Below the pieces are notes generated by a model that was not told the DNA's origin, searched no databases, and saw only the letters and a list, made by a program, of their open reading frames with translations. A program made the position numbers and the translations under genes. From Mesotaenium endlicherianum (taxonomy: Eukaryota), in the NCBI GenBank assembly GCA_009602735.1, contig WELA01000937.1, forward strand, positions 178,092 to 242,091: a stretch of DNA of 64,000 bases, given 5' to 3'. Position 1 is the stretch's first letter. Each line of letters begins with the position of its first letter. Positions 13,549 to 26,283 of this stretch are shown here, piece after piece.

Positions 13549-13562
13549 ACTTCTGAGAACTT
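13549..13562 (+). promoter_or_regulatory. Putative self-priming primer-binding site
   Basis: ACTTCTGAGAACTT immediately follows A1 and is the exact reverse complement of AAGTTCTCAGAAGT at 13211-13224 inside A1. There is no TGG-type tRNA PBS at this position. Confidence 0.75.
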
Positions 13563-13671
13563 CAGTTCTGTGGTTCAGGTGAATAGAAATTCCCAAGCAA
13601 ATTGGGGATTGAGGCCTGTGAGGGCTGCCGGTGCTCAACCTGGAAGGGGACCCGGAGAAATTCAACTGTAC

Positions 13672-16245
13672 ATGCAGTTGAGGAGTGGAAGACTCTACTA
13701 CCCTGTGGAGCCTGTGGAAGGTTCTGATTCAAGCCAGAGTCCACGAGAAAGTGAGACATCTGAGCACACGGATAACCTGTGGAGTGAGCAACCGTCGAGA
13801 GACGAGTCTCGCCATACTGCCACGAACGGTGAGAATCCGTATAACGCGCGAGCTTTTGTACCCAATTCGGGCAGAGAGCACGACGTGTGGGATAAAGATA
13901 GTGAGTCTTGGTCACCACTCGAAATGACTGGTGATGATAAGGATGAAAATCCTAAGTTCAAGCTGTCTACAAAGTGTTTTAGTGGACGAACCAGTGGAAA
14001 TAGTCTCACTTTCGAAGAGTTTGATGAGATCTATTGGGCTGACTTCTTTGAGAAAATCCGAAAGGATTCTTCTTACACTCAGTCAGTCGCTTTTATAAGC
14101 TTGGTTCAATACTTGGACAAGGATGCCTTGTTGCTGTATCGTCAATTTCGGAAGGATGAGAACCTTACCCAGGAATGGGCGTTTGACGAGCAAAAGAAGG
14201 CGAGAGATTTGAAAATCCAGAAAGAGGCTGCGAAAGCCCGCCTGTCCGCTTTGTCATCAGGAAGAGCGATACCTGCTGCACCTGTTGAGAGCGTAGACTT
14301 AGCTGCACTAACACAAGAATTAACAGATGCCATGAAGCAACTCACCGAGGGTCAGCAGCGAGCGGCTACTCGAGATGATGATGCTGGATCTGTCGCAGAA
14401 TTGCGTAAAGTGTGTGCAGAATTGTCTGAAAAGATTGCTAATGCTCAGGAACGAGTAACACGCAGAGCTGCACCTTTTACAGGGCAGCATGGTGATAGTG
14501 TCACCACGGAAGCAAGCCATGCGCAAGCGTTGGCTAGTTGCCGTAGGGATATGGAGGCTGGGGATGACCAGTTAGACTCTGAGCACCGTCTGTGTCGTTT
14601 CTTTAAGTTGCTTGAAGCAACATTCCTAGAGGATCGCAGTCTTAAAGTGCACCGCTATGTGCATTTTGTCCGTCAAAAGAACGAGACAGTGATGGAGGTC
14701 AAATCCAGATTGGTAGACCTTGCCAAGAAGGCAGGAATCTATGAGCCTAGGATTGTGGCTGACAAATTCTTATTGTGTCTGGGTAAAGATACAAATCGGG
14801 AGGTCAGGCCGCACCTATCTGCGAAACGCGGAATCGACTGGAACATCGACGAGGCTGCTGAAATAGCACGCAATGTCGAGGAAGGTAAAGTCTAGTACAA
14901 GGAGGCTTCCAGGACGCTTATGGCTCCTGAGAGAAGGAAGGAATCCTTTCAGCCCAAGGCCAATAGCTCTAATTTTCAGTTTAAGAAAAAGAGCGGGTCT
15001 TTCAATAGGTTTGCTAAGCACGCCAACACTGCTGAGACAGCAGAGGGCTGTTGGAACTGCGGGAAATCAGGACATCAGAAGACAGATTGTCCGTACCCGG
15101 ATGCTAAGCAATTGTCTGCTAGCAAGGCGCAGGTATGCGCACATTGCAGTAAAAAGGGACACTCAGAAGATGAGTGGTGGTCCAAGAACCCAAATCTGAA
15201 ACCACCATGGGCTAATGCTGCCACGAAAGAGGCAGATAAGGGTAAGAAACGGGAGAGAGATAATTCTGGTGACCAGAAGGGTAATCAGAAGTATGATGCT
15301 ATGAGTGCAGAGATTGCAGAGTTGAAAGCTCAATTTGCAAGACTAAATGTGCCTAATGTTTATTATGATGCAGATTTGGCCGAAAAGGCCGTCTGCAAAG
15401 GCGAGAAGCTGACGCCTGAGAAGGCCGTGGCTGCAACGGCTGCGGAGTGCGCAGATCATGCCCGTCTGGTTCCAAGGAATGCTGGGAAGCTTCCTCAGAC
15501 CTTTCGGATCACTCTTGATGAGAACGAGATTGCGCAGCTACGACAAACCAAGCCTGGGCCACGCAAGACATTTAGTTTTTCGCTGGAAAAGCTGAAGGCT
15601 CTGGTGGAACACCGGATTCAGCACATTCCTTGTCTTTCACTCGCTGATGTGCGTCTTACATATCCTTTCACGATTGAGGAAGCCGGACAGCAACTGGACC
15701 TAGCTGAGGAAGGCGCGAACAGCGCTTTGCTGCCTACTAATTTCAGCACTGTGAGAGTGCAGAACAAGGATAAAGTTTTGACGTTTAACAACTGGGCCGC
15801 TCCCAATATCCTATTGGACACTGGCGCACAGCCAGTAATCTTGGGAAAACGAGCTGTGAAAGCTCTGGGATTGACGGCAAGGGACCTGAGAGAAAGTTCT
15901 TTCCAGTTGAGGACTGCATCTGGGCAGATTTCAAAGTCTTGTGGAATCACCCGCAAGCCTGTGGAATGTTCTATTGGGGACAGAAGCTCTGATTCCCCTG
16001 GGTATGGACATTGACCTGCGGAAGCAGAGGGTGACTTACCAGTCGACAGATCGGCAGCCGACAGGAGAAAAACCTGTAAAAATGGTTTGCTCGGGAGAAG
16101 CAAACTACGGACTGCTAGACTGCTATGTGAATGACCAGTATCCAGACCATTATGACCTCATCATGCAACGCGAAGAGAAGATCTACACCAGCATCAACAT
16201 GCCGACTCCCTTGGTTTGGCAACCTTGGATTATGGAGCAACTAGA
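13672..16245 (+). pseudogene. Gag (zinc knuckles) and aspartic protease of the outer retroelement
   Basis: Starts MQLRSG, with an in-frame TAG at 14893-14895. Contains CWNCGKSGHQKTDC and a degenerate CAHCSKKGHSEDEW knuckle, then protease ILLDTGAQPVILG. A frameshift or deletion near 15970 precedes VLLGTEAL. Confidence 0.88.
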
Positions 16246-16391
16246 NTCTAGAAGCTGTGCGTAACAGGGACCGTGGCCCGCAAGAGCTGCTGCCAGTTCT
16301 TTATCCAGTTAAGACTGCTGCCAATTTGATGCCTGGAGTAGACCCATTGCCGCAAGGCATTGTGAGGATGGAAGATCCTGTTCACAGGAGA

Positions 16392-17370
16392 GGAGTAGTA
16401 GTGCTGGAATTGTTCGCCGGACTTGGTACTGGAACCATTGCACTGATTTAGCGAGGTATCCAGGTATCCAAAGTGCTGTATGTGGACAGTGATGAGAATG
16501 TTTTTACAGCATTTGAGGAGGTCATGAGTCAGATGCGGCAAATGTACCATTTCAAGGCATTGGTGCCCACTAGTGTGGTGCGTCTTGCTGGAGGAAACAT
16601 TCTCGATGTGAAGTCCGAGGACCTGTATGGTTACAGGATTGACTGGATTTTTGCGGGATTCCCTTGTCAACCTTTCTCGCAAGCTGGGAACAGGAGGGGA
16701 TTCAATGACCCGCAAGCACAACACTAGGGAAGGATGGTGAAGATCATCAGTATGCTGCGGGAACACCAGCATCTGTACCCACCAGTGTTTGTGATTGAGA
16801 ATGTATATCCAGGGATGGATTACAACCAGATGAAGCCAGGAGATCCATGGCTGGTCTTCGACTCCACCCTGGGTCATCATGTATTGATCAACGACGCCAG
16901 GCACGGAGGATTCTCACACCGGGCCAGACTATTCTGGACCAACGGCATGTCCATTGAAATCCTGAGGGAGATGGAGGAGATTATGCGGCGCACGCCAACG
17001 GCAGTATCTGTGGGAGAAGCACTGATGGTGGAAACCAAGCCAGTGATCAGGAGGGATTCCTACCCACAGTACATCGTCAACGAGCCAGGCCGGCCGAGGG
17101 TGGTGCTGCCCACCTTCACAGCATACCCAGGATCACGCGCTTTCGTGAATGGAGGACCAGGAATGGTCAAAGATGTGCACGACAGAGAAGCTCAGTGGAG
17201 AGAGCCGACAGCTGAAGAGAAGGGAAGGTGCCTGGGGGTACCCAACTCCATTGCACAAGAAATTGTTGCAATGGTGGGACAGGACAACGCTGGGAAGATA
17301 TTCGGCAATATGATTGGGCATCACTCCATGACATGGTTGGTAGAGACGATTATGACTTGGCAACAGATGA
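16392..17370 (+). pseudogene. C5 cytosine DNA methyltransferase domain within the retroelement polyprotein
   Basis: All in one frame: motif I VLELFAGLG, II LYVDSD, III NILDV, IV catalytic GFPCQPFSQAG, VI FVIENV, VIII HRARLFW, IX REPTAEEKGRCLG and X IFGNMI. Interrupted by TAGs at 16449-16451 and 16725-16727. Confidence 0.93.
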
Positions 17371-19567
17371 CGTTCTCCGACAAGCCTATGCCCAGGCCGA
17401 GGCCGGTAACGATTGGAGTCCATGTGGTGCCAACCTCTGATCAGAGAGCTATCAGGGAAGCGTATCAGCAACAAAAAGAATATGCTGTTGAAAGAGACAC
17501 AGCTGAGGCAGACCAAGATGAAACACTCAGAGAAACCAGAGTGGTGGAGCTGACCAGGTGTCAAGACTTATTGACGCAAATTGACAATCGGATGGCGACT
17601 CTACACGACCCTCTGGAAAGAGAGTTGCGGAGGCTGCAAGAAGACGTAACCATGGAAGACCAGGCAACTGATGCAGCAAACCCTTTGGTGAGCGCTGCAG
17701 TAAGCAAATCACAGGAGGTCCTTGCATCTGCAGAACGCTCCAGCCAAGTATTTGGGAGGATGCCGGAATGGGAAGAATATACCAGTTCTGAGTTACGAAA
17801 CATGGCCCCAGACCATGTCTTTGGGAGCCCATCCCCAGACGCGGTAACATCAAGATATGAAGAACGCCAGTGCAATATTGGCGAATGGGCCGAAGAATGC
17901 AGTCAGAATTCAGGAAATTCTGGAGGGTTTGGAAAGACCATTTGCCTGGAGGTGATTTTTGAAGAACACAAGAAGGAGACGGCCAAGAGATTGCCCGCCA
18001 CACGTGCTCTGATGAGCCCAGGGCCAGAGGCCAAAGGGCAACCACAAGACACAGTTGGCAGCACAGCTGAGTCGATCACCAGGCAAATCATGGCGCAGTT
18101 GCTGGAAGGAGACGCCCCTCGACTCAAGAAAGAGAAAGTGGCAAAAGCAGCTCTCGCTCTACAGTCAGCCATCATCAACATGGCGAGGCTCAACACAGGA
18201 GGGGATAAAGAATTACCGCCTCGTGGAACAGAGAAGCCGGAGGAGGAAGAGGATGCAGAGATGCAAGGCCTCTCGGAGTTGGAGTCACCATCACTCAACA
18301 ATAAAGGGGACATTAGGGAAGAAATTCCACGGTTTTCCCACGCCAGAGTTGGATTTGCTTGACTTACAGGAGCTGAGGGCAGACGACTGGGTGGCTGACC
18401 ACCTGATGGGGCCAAGCCCGGCAGACCTTTATGAAGAATTAAGGTCGCCAACATCCAGTTCTCCTTCTGCCAGTCTTCCAGTGGCAGAACCCAAGTCAAC
18501 CGCACAACCGCCGCAACGGCAGGAGGTGACTGCCTGCACTGCTAAAGTGGAGACAGCACAAGGAAAGCCCGAAAGTCGCGCAAGCAGACCAAGGAAGGTG
18601 GCCCGTGAGGGTAACGCATCGTTTAGGAGGATGCTAAAGCGATATTTCAAGCATAAGGGGAAGGCTCAGAGAGAGGGCGTTCCGTGAGGAACCACAGCCC
18701 CACCTCCTCCGCCTCTGCGGGATATTATGCAGAGAGAGGAAGAGGACGGTTTGGTTCGCAGGGCAATGGCATTGGGCATTAGTGTGCCGCCAGGCATGAA
18801 CACGCCCTTATTGCAACTATCAGATCTTAGGATACAGAGGTCGGAGGAGCCTGCTCCCATGATACCTGCAATCCCAGGATGGGAACTGATGGATCTGAGA
18901 AACATCATCAGCCGCTTGACCGCAGCAGATGATGCCTTTCTTGCACAACTAGCGGCACCTCAAAGGACGCAAACATTGGCGCAGGCATAAATGGTCACAC
19001 CACCCGCAAGGGAGGAGTATGGCACGACCGTCGCCCGCATGGCTATTATTGAGCGAGAATGGGGCTGAGCGATCAGCCCTAGGACAGATCCCGCAGGTTT
19101 TCCAATGGCAACCCAACCTCGGCCACGTGAAGAAGGAGGAACCGGGACCAGTTGGACTGCAGTCGACGAGGAAATGTTCCTGAGGCAGCCCATCCGGAGG
19201 CGCCTGATATACCCCTCAGGCGACGCGTTATTGGGAAAGGTAAAAAGCCTAAGAAACAGGCTGCCGAACTTATGGCAACGGAGGAGCAAGCTGCAAAGCC
19301 TGCTACCCCACCTCCTAAGAATCAGGCAGAAAAGCCTGAGAGCCAGAATCAGGCAGAAAAGCCTGAGGGCCAAGATGAGGGCGGGAAGCCCCTACCTGCA
19401 CCTAAGGAGTAGCAACTACTGGATGCCTTTGTTGGGGAGAAGCAACCTGAAACTGAGACTTTTGCCATTGGGAAAATGGTCTCAGCCCAGCAGAGAGCAC
19501 AAGTAGAAAGGTTGCTGAAGAAACACCGCAAGGTATTTGCTTTCACTAAGGAGGAGATTGGTAGAAC
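17371..19567 (+). pseudogene. Unassigned spacer polypeptide followed by the RT N-terminal segment of the outer element
   Basis: E/Q/P-rich reading frames with in-frame stops and frameshifts. They end in QRAQVERLLKKHRKVFAFTKEEIGR, typical of the segment just before a Gypsy RT core. Confidence 0.65.
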
Positions 19568-19603
19568 NTCTTGTGCTACCAAAGTGCCTAGCTCTACTGC
19601 CAG

Positions 19604-20106
19604 TGTAGTGAAACAGATAGATAAAGTACTTAGTAAAACAGAATACTTTATCTATTCAAGACAAGGATCTTTGAACACAAGTGGTAGCTTCTTGAAAGAG
19701 AGATGGCTTCTTGAAAGTTAATATATTTCTGGATTTTGGCAAGTACAAGAGTGATTCTGGAATGTCTTTCTATGTTCTAGCTCTTGTTTATATACTTGCT
19801 ACATAAGTAATTTCTAGGAAGGTGTATGTTGATGTGTTGGCACCCAACACATCCCAAAACTTGCCACCTCTTTCTAGAATAATGTACACATGTCCTTTTG
19901 ACCTAAAAATGGCACATTTGACTTTTGCCACATGGAGTTCTTCTAGGTCTTTCCTCTAACTTCGAAAATGCCTTGGAAGGTTCAAAGGACATGAACCAAG
20001 TTACTAGAGTACCTATTCACACTTGACTCCACACAATACTACTCCAAATATATTTGAAAACATTAAAATATATGCAAACTAATATATAATAACTCAAATC
20101 ACTACA
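19604..20106 (-). repeat. 3' LTR of the chromovirus
   Basis: Matches 25781-26283 with only a handful of differences. The PPT GGGGGGGTGA (minus strand, 20107-20116) abuts it. Confidence 0.97.
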
Positions 20107-20875
20107 TCACCCCCCCGATAGAAAAAGCGACGTCTCGGCGCGTCAAGTCAGGTCTTACACATGTGGAGCAAACTAGTCAACAGTTTCAAGTCAGATGCCA
20201 CACATGTGAAGAGGACTAGTCAAAGGCGCCAAGTCAGGTGCTACACATGTAAGGTAGACTAGGCAAGGTCGTAGGTGGTGTGACCTTATTGGCTAGCCTA
20301 CTCCTTAATGATAAAGAAAATTGTACAAGTTGGCCCAGAATCTGCCACGAACTCAAAAATTCATAGCGGCCACAGAACTGCTCCAAATCTGAAAATTCGA
20401 GTGCCAGACGGACCGCGTCGGAGAACTCTACCGGGTCACCAAATTTGAGAGCATTCTCATTTCTGGAGTGTCGTTGAGAGCTGAGAGAGTAGGCACTCCT
20501 CCAAATCTGTGCAGAAACTTCTGAAAATCATAAGTCCTTCTATACTTCTCCAAATTCTGCAAACTAAGTCTCAAACTGGGCGCTGTAAGATGTTCTACCA
20601 GAGTCTTGAGTTTCAGAGCATTCCAAGTTCAGGGGAGGGCACAATGTCAGAAGGCATATTCTGCCCTAACAATGCCAGCAGCCTGACCCCCTTCTACTTA
20701 GAGCATCATATCTCTCTCACCAGTGCTCCAAATTGAGCAAACTTGGACTCTAAATGACCGGCTACTCATGGACTACAGCCAGGTAAATTTTCAGAATTTA
20801 TTATGCAGAGACCTATTACCAGTAGCAGTTTTAGTTTTCTGTCCAGAAACTGCGAGAAGAGAAGAGTGTCTAATG

Positions 20876-23800
20876 TCAATTTTTCCTCTTTCTTGTTCTT
20901 GCAGGCTGCCTCCAAGGGGTCTTCTGCTGCTTCTTGATGGTGGCAGGCTGCCTCCCTGAAGTCTTCGGGCTTCTAGTAGAGAGACTTGGGGCTGGTCCAA
21001 GATGGGGGTTGGCGGCATGGAAGCGCTTCAACTTTCTCTGAACTTTGTCAAGGTAGTGCGCCGCCACCCAACTATTCTCCGAATCTGGATATCCTTTCCA
21101 CTTGATCAAGTATTGCTGCTGTCTCCTGAAATTTCTCATAGCCACTATGTCTTCCACTTCGTACTCCAAATGATCATCCACTATTGTTGGGGCTGGTGGG
21201 GTTGTCACACGTCCTGGGAACTTGTTGTCGGGTTGCACATATGGCTTGAAGAGGGAAGCGTGGAATACGGGGTCGATGTGCATAGTCTGGGGAAGTTCTA
21301 GCTTGAAAGCAACGGGGTTGACTTGCTGGATAATCTTGAAGGGTCCCAAATACTTGGGAGAGAACTTGCTGCCGGCAGGCCTGTTGTTCAGGGAAATGTT
21401 CTTGGATGATAGTAACACGTTGTCACCCACTCTGTACGTAATTTCTCTTCTGGATCTGTTCGCCACTCTTGCTTGAGCATCTTGCGCGTGTTGTAGAGCT
21501 TTCTTCGCTGCTGTAAGGGCTGCTTCTAATGTCTCCATAAAATCTGTGGCTGCAGGTACTTCATCATGGCCAGCCGTGAAGCTCAGTGGCGTGGTCGGAT
21601 GGAAGCCATAGTTGAGGAAGAATGGGGACTCTTGGGTAGAGGCCTGCGTAGTGTTGTTGTAGGCAAACTCGAGGGGGGTCAAGTACATGTCCCAGTCTTG
21701 CTCGAGGGTAGACACGTAGGCCTTTAGAGAGGTCTTTAGGGTACGATTCATACGCTCGGTTTGCCCATCTGATTGTGGGTGGTAGGCAGTAGACATATCC
21801 AGCGATGTACCCAAGTTCTTGAAGAGATTTTTCCAGAAATGGCTTGTGAATCTTGGATCTCTATCTGACACAATTCTTGATGGTAGTCCATGGAGTCGGA
21901 AGATGTTGTCAAAGATGAGTCTTGCAAGTTGTGGTGCTGTAGCCTTAGTCGTCGTGGGAATAAAATGAGCCATCTTGGTAAGTCTGTCCACCACCGTGAG
22001 TATTGCATTATGGCCTCGAGGTGTCACGGGCAAGTCCACGATAAGGTCCATTGAGATGTCCGTCCATTGTCTTTCGGGGATTGGTAGTGGTTGGAGGAGT
22101 CCTCCCGCCTTTTGCGATGATGGCTTGATTCTTTGGCATGTGTCACAGCTCCTGCAGTACTCCTTGACTTGCTTAGACATGCCTGGCCAACAATAAGTCC
22201 TAGCTAGAACGCCCGTGGTCCTTAGGATTCCAAAGTGTCCTCCAAGAGGGTTGTCGTGTGCTTCTCGTAGAAGCAAGAGCCGGAGGTCTATGTCATTAGG
22301 AACACATCTCTGGCCCGTATCTTGCCTCACCCAATAATTGCCTTCTTGCTTCTTGCATGGGTCCAAGGCTGCTTCTCCGTTCTTGTAGTAAGGGTCTCTT
22401 TCATAGGCGGCTGAAAATCGAGCTTCCAGATCTGTCTTCAGGGATACCATCACTGCATTTAATTGCAGTCTTGAGAGGGGGTCAGCCGGGTTTGTCTTGC
22501 CGGGCTGGTACTGAATCGTGATGTTGTATTGTTGCAAGTATCCGCTCCATCTTGCTTGTCTCCTTGAGAGATACGGCTGCGTTTGGAGGTGCTTTAACGC
22601 CTCGTGGTCCGTGGTGACCAGTACTTTGCGTCCTTCAACGTAGCAGCGCCAAACCTTCAAGGCATGTACAATCGCCAATGCCTCTCGCTCCGTGGTTGTA
22701 TAATTTTGCTCGGCTGGATTTAGCTTCCTTGACTCGTAGGCGATGGGCTGCAGTCCCTTGCCTTGGTCTTGAAGCAGGATTGCTCCTATTGCATAGGAAG
22801 ATGCATCGGTGATGACGTGGAAGGGCCAATCTGGGTTTGGACTTGGGAGTGTGAGCACCGGGGATGTGGTCAATCTTCGCTTTAACTCTTGAAATGCCTC
22901 TTCCTCTTTCTCGGTCCATGTATATAGCCTGTCCTTCTTGAGTAGATCTGTCAGGGGGGCTGCTATGTGCGAGAAGCCTTGGATGAATTTTCTGTACCAA
23001 TTGGCAAATCCCAAGAATGACTGGAGTTCTTTCTTGGTCGTGGGGGTTGGCCATTCCTCCACCACCGTGGTCTTCTTGGGGTCCATCTTGATGCCATCAG
23101 CAGTCACGTGGAGACCTAGGAACTCCACTTCTTGTTTGGCAAACTCGCACTTTGACTCCTTCGCAAATAGCTTGTTTTGCTTCAATACTTCAAGGACTTC
23201 TTTCAAGTGTCTCGCATGCTCTTCAAGGGTCTTGCTGTAGATAAGGATGTCATCGATGAATACCACCACAAATCTGTCCAACATGGGCTGAAATATGGTG
23301 TTCATCATAGTCATGAAAGTTGCTGGCGCGTTGGTGAGTCCAAATGGCAGGACCATGAACTCAAAATGTCCATATCTTGTCCTGAATGCCGTCTTCTCTA
23401 TGTCCGGTTCTGCGATGCGAATCTGGTGGTAGCCGCTCCGTAAGTCAATCTTCGTGAAGTACTTGGCTCCAACCAGCCGGTCCATGAGCTCATCCATGCG
23501 CGGCAGCGGGTATCGATTCTTGATGGTGATCTTGTTGAGGGCGCGATAGTCCACACACATCCTCAAGGTACCATCTTTCTTCTTGACAAATAGCACCGGG
23601 GCTCCAAATGGCGACTTGCTAGGTCGAATGAAGCCATGCTCCAGTAGCTCCTTGATTTGCTTCTTGACTTCGTCTAGCTCCGTGTATGACATTTTGAACG
23701 TAGGCCGAGAGATGGGCTTGCTTCCGGGCTCCAACTCTATCTTGTGGTCTACGAATCTTTTGGGGGGTAGGCCCTTGGGCAATTCCGGGGAGAACACTTC

Positions 23801-24541
23801 TTTGTAGTCCTCTAAGACTTCTTGTATCTCCTTGGGAACGGGGCTGCCTTCTTGACTCTCGATGTCTTTCTTGATGTCTTTTGGCGTGATCAAGGCCAAA
23901 AGAAGCTCGTGTCCCTTCCTCACAAGTCTCTTGAGTTGGAGGGCGGACAATAGTATCTCGTGTGCCGGCTTCTGGATGTCTTGGGTCTGGATATTCTGGA
24001 TTGCGCGCAAAATACAGATTCTTGAAGTGATGTCATTCTTGATCTTGATAGTACCGGTCCTCCAATCAACTTGGGGGTTGTGCTTGGTCAACCAAGGCGT
24101 CCCTAGGATGACGTCGTACTTGCCCAATTGCATGGGGGAGAACACTACTCTATCCTTGAAGGACTTGATAGAGAGTGCCAAGGGGTACGTCTTCTTGGAA
24201 GGGGTAGTATAGGAGAATCCATCGGGCATCATAATCTCCTCGTCGTGGTCAAGAGTTCGCATAGTAATACCGTGCTTGGTGGCAAAATCTGCAGCAATGA
24301 AGTTGCCTTGAGCTCCGCTATCCACCAAGATGTGGACCTTCTCTCCTCCAAGGTAACCTCTCAAACTCATTGGGGCTGGAACGTCGTCTTCAACGGGGGT
24401 CTCCACCTCACTTGGCGTGTTGCCTTCTCGTGAAGTGGGTCTTGGGGTGGTAGGCTCCTGGCCTACCGGCGCTGTCCGTTTTTTGACAACTTTTTGGGGC
24501 ATGAAAGTGCACGATGGCCCTTTTCCTTGCAATAGAAGCAT
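20876..24541 (-). CDS. pol: Chromovirus Pol: protease, RT, RNase H, integrase, chromodomain
   Basis: Uninterrupted 1221-aa ORF with [26 protein letters not shown] RNase H, the HHCC zinc-binding motif, the SMDL...SDRD...QTER core, GPF and the YEVEDIV...YLIKWKGY...NSW chromodomain. Confidence 0.97.
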   Translation of the reverse strand: MLLLQGKGPSCTFMPQKVVKKRTAPVGQEPTTPRPTSREGNTPSEVETPVEDDVPAPMSLRGYLGGEKVHILVDSGAQGNFIAADFATKHGITMRTLDHDEEIMMPDGFSYTTPSKKTYPLALSIKSFKDRVVFSPMQLGKYDVILGTPWLTKHNPQVDWRTGTIKIKNDITSRICILRAIQNIQTQDIQKPAHEILLSALQLKRLVRKGHELLLALITPKDIKKDIESQEGSPVPKEIQEVLEDYKEVFSPELPKGLPPKRFVDHKIELEPGSKPISRPTFKMSYTELDEVKKQIKELLEHGFIRPSKSPFGAPVLFVKKKDGTLRMCVDYRALNKITIKNRYPLPRMDELMDRLVGAKYFTKIDLRSGYHQIRIAEPDIEKTAFRTRYGHFEFMVLPFGLTNAPATFMTMMNTIFQPMLDRFVVVFIDDILIYSKTLEEHARHLKEVLEVLKQNKLFAKESKCEFAKQEVEFLGLHVTADGIKMDPKKTTVVEEWPTPTTKKELQSFLGFANWYRKFIQGFSHIAAPLTDLLKKDRLYTWTEKEEEAFQELKRRLTTSPVLTLPSPNPDWPFHVITDASSYAIGAILLQDQGKGLQPIAYESRKLNPAEQNYTTTEREALAIVHALKVWRCYVEGRKVLVTTDHEALKHLQTQPYLSRRQARWSGYLQQYNITIQYQPGKTNPADPLSRLQLNAVMVSLKTDLEARFSAAYERDPYYKNGEAALDPCKKQEGNYWVRQDTGQRCVPNDIDLRLLLLREAHDNPLGGHFGILRTTGVLARTYCWPGMSKQVKEYCRSCDTCQRIKPSSQKAGGLLQPLPIPERQWTDISMDLIVDLPVTPRGHNAILTVVDRLTKMAHFIPTTTKATAPQLARLIFDNIFRLHGLPSRIVSDRDPRFTSHFWKNLFKNLGTSLDMSTAYHPQSDGQTERMNRTLKTSLKAYVSTLEQDWDMYLTPLEFAYNNTTQASTQESPFFLNYGFHPTTPLSFTAGHDEVPAATDFMETLEAALTAAKKALQHAQDAQARVANRSRREITYRVGDNVLLSSKNISLNNRPAGSKFSPKYLGPFKIIQQVNPVAFKLELPQTMHIDPVFHASLFKPYVQPDNKFPGRVTTPPAPTIVDDHLEYEVEDIVAMRNFRRQQQYLIKWKGYPDSENSWVAAHYLDKVQRKLKRFHAANPHLGPAPSLSTRSPKTSGRQPATIKKQQKTPWRQPARTRKRKN
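24449..24484 (-). promoter_or_regulatory. -1 ribosomal frameshift signal (gag-pol)
   Basis: A AAA AAC heptamer in the gag phase (24478-24484), followed 10 nt later by the hairpin GGTAGGC-CAGGA-GCCTACC (24449-24467), within the gag/pol overlap. Confidence 0.8.
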
Positions 24542-25743
24542 AGTCCAGCCGTCATGAGAGCTTCTTTTTCAGCCGGGGAGAGTCTTGCTTTCACTCCTTG
24601 CTGGTTTCTTGCATCATAAGTGTCATTGGAGGGTCTTCCACTCTTCCGGGCAGCCGCGGGGTCCCTTTTAATAACTCCGATTTCCATGGGTGTGGGTCCA
24701 GATTCGGATGTGGAAGGGGCTGCGTACACCCGCGTCGTCGGTACCCGTGAAGATGAAGGCACGGAGTGCTTGAAATCCAAGGTATCCACCTTTTGGGCCA
24801 CTTCAATGATCTTTGAGAAGTCCGTCAAGTCGCGTAACTCCACTTCCTTTGCCACCTTGGGTTTGAGGCCAAAGATGTAACGGTCAATCTTCTCCTCGAG
24901 AGACATGTTGGGGATCTCAAGAGTGAGGGCGTGAAATCTGGATGTATACTCTTGAACGGACGTCGTTTGCTTGAGATGGTGGAGCTTTCCTCGGGCAATC
25001 TTCTCCGCATTGATGGGCATGAATTGCTTCTTGAGGGCCTCACGAAAATCTGCCCATCTTGCATATGATGGTGGGGGCTCTTGGCCGAGCATGGGGTGCG
25101 CCATAGCTTGATATATAGCCGCTTGATAGTTACGCCACCATGATGTTGCTGCTCCTCTAAGTAAGGTAACGGCAAAGGGAACGTAGTCCTCCTCGGGTAC
25201 TTCAAGGAATGCGAGGTACGTCTCCACTTGGTAGAGCCATAAATTCAGGTTGGCACCTTTCCCGGGGTTGAAAGTGTCGGGTTTGCCGGGCTTGATGAGT
25301 TTCCTTGCTCTCGTTGGCTCTTGTGGAGGCGCTTGAGCCGGGGCTGGATTTTGAGCATTGCTCGCAATAGGGGCAACCATGGCAGCCATAGCTTCTCTTG
25401 ACGCTTGCACGGTTGCTTCATAGGTGGCCAAGCCCACTTGGTTGTGGACGGTCATTAGGAAGGCTGCCCACTCATTTGCGGGAACTCCTTGTGGTGGGGT
25501 CAACTTTGCTATAGCGGCTGCCACGGGATTTGACGGTGCTCCTCCTTGTGGTGCTTCTTGTTGTTGCAGATTTCCTTGAGTAGGCTCTCCCATCGACGCT
25601 GGAGGAGGGTGTGCTCCTCCTTGTGGTGCTTCTTGTTGTTGCAGATTTTCTTGAGTGGGCTCTCCCATCGGCGCTGGAGGAGGGTGTCTTGGAGAGGAAG
25701 GGCTTCCTTCGAAAGCTTGCTGTTGGTCTTGAGGATCGGCCAT
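24463..25743 (-). CDS. gag: Chromovirus Gag
   Basis: 426-aa ORF with a retrotransposon capsid region ([20 protein letters not shown]), PTPMEIG and a [14 protein letters not shown] knuckle. Two 22-aa repeats lie near the N-terminus. Confidence 0.96.
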   Translation of the reverse strand: MADPQDQQQAFEGSPSSPRHPPPAPMGEPTQENLQQQEAPQGGAHPPPASMGEPTQGNLQQQEAPQGGAPSNPVAAAIAKLTPPQGVPANEWAAFLMTVHNQVGLATYEATVQASREAMAAMVAPIASNAQNPAPAQAPPQEPTRARKLIKPGKPDTFNPGKGANLNLWLYQVETYLAFLEVPEEDYVPFAVTLLRGAATSWWRNYQAAIYQAMAHPMLGQEPPPSYARWADFREALKKQFMPINAEKIARGKLHHLKQTTSVQEYTSRFHALTLEIPNMSLEEKIDRYIFGLKPKVAKEVELRDLTDFSKIIEVAQKVDTLDFKHSVPSSSRVPTTRVYAAPSTSESGPTPMEIGVIKRDPAAARKSGRPSNDTYDARNQQGVKARLSPAEKEALMTAGLCFYCKEKGHRALSCPKKLSKNGQRR

Positions 25744-25767
25744 CTTCTTGTGCTACCAAAGTGCCTA

Positions 25768-25779
25768 GCTCCGATACCA
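25768..25779 (-). promoter_or_regulatory. Primer-binding site, initiator tRNA-Met type
   Basis: TGGTATCGGAGC, one base after the 5' LTR; one mismatch to the canonical TGGTATCAGAGC. Confidence 0.9.
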
Positions 25780-25780
25780 C

Positions 25781-26283
25781 TGTAGTGAAACAGATAGATA
25801 AAGTACTTAGTAAAACAGAATACTTTATCTATTCAAGACAAGGATCTTTGAACACAAGTGGTAGCTTCTTGAAAGAGAGATGGCTTCTTGAAAGTTAATA
25901 TATTTCTGGATTTTGGCAAGTACAAGAGTGATTCTGGAATGTCTTTCTATGTTCTAGCTCTTGTTTATATACTTGCTACATAAGTAATTTCTAGGAAGGT
26001 GTATGTTGATGTGTTGGCACCCAACACATCCCAAAACTTGCCACCTCTTTCTAGAATAATGTACACATGTCCTTTTGACCTAAAAATGGCACATCTGACT
26101 TTTGCCACATGGAGTTCTTCTAGGTCTTTCCTCTAACTTCGAAAATGCCTTGGAAGGTTCAAAGGACATGAACCAAGTTACTAGAGTACCTATTCACACT
26201 TGACTCCACACAATACCACTCCAAATATATTTGAAAACATTAAAATATATGCATACTAATATATAATAACTCAAATCACTACA
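25781..26283 (-). repeat. 5' LTR of the chromovirus
   Basis: TG...CA ends, followed on the element strand by the PBS and gag. Confidence 0.97.

Larger units (their letters stand above)
19604..26283 (-). mobile_element. Intact Ty3/Gypsy chromovirus LTR retrotransposon (6.68 kb) nested in the outer element's RT
   Basis: 503-bp LTRs with TGTAGTGA...TCACTACA ends, 5-bp TSD GCCAG (19599-19603 and 26284-26288), a PBS, a PPT and open gag and pol. Confidence 0.98.

Noticed and set aside
19568..19594. PBS-side sequence TCTTGTGCTACCAAAGTGCCTAGCTC outside the chromovirus 3' LTR
   Set aside because: It starts at an n and copies 25746-25771, so it is likely a repeat-collapse artefact. The GCCAG TSD still defines the true end.
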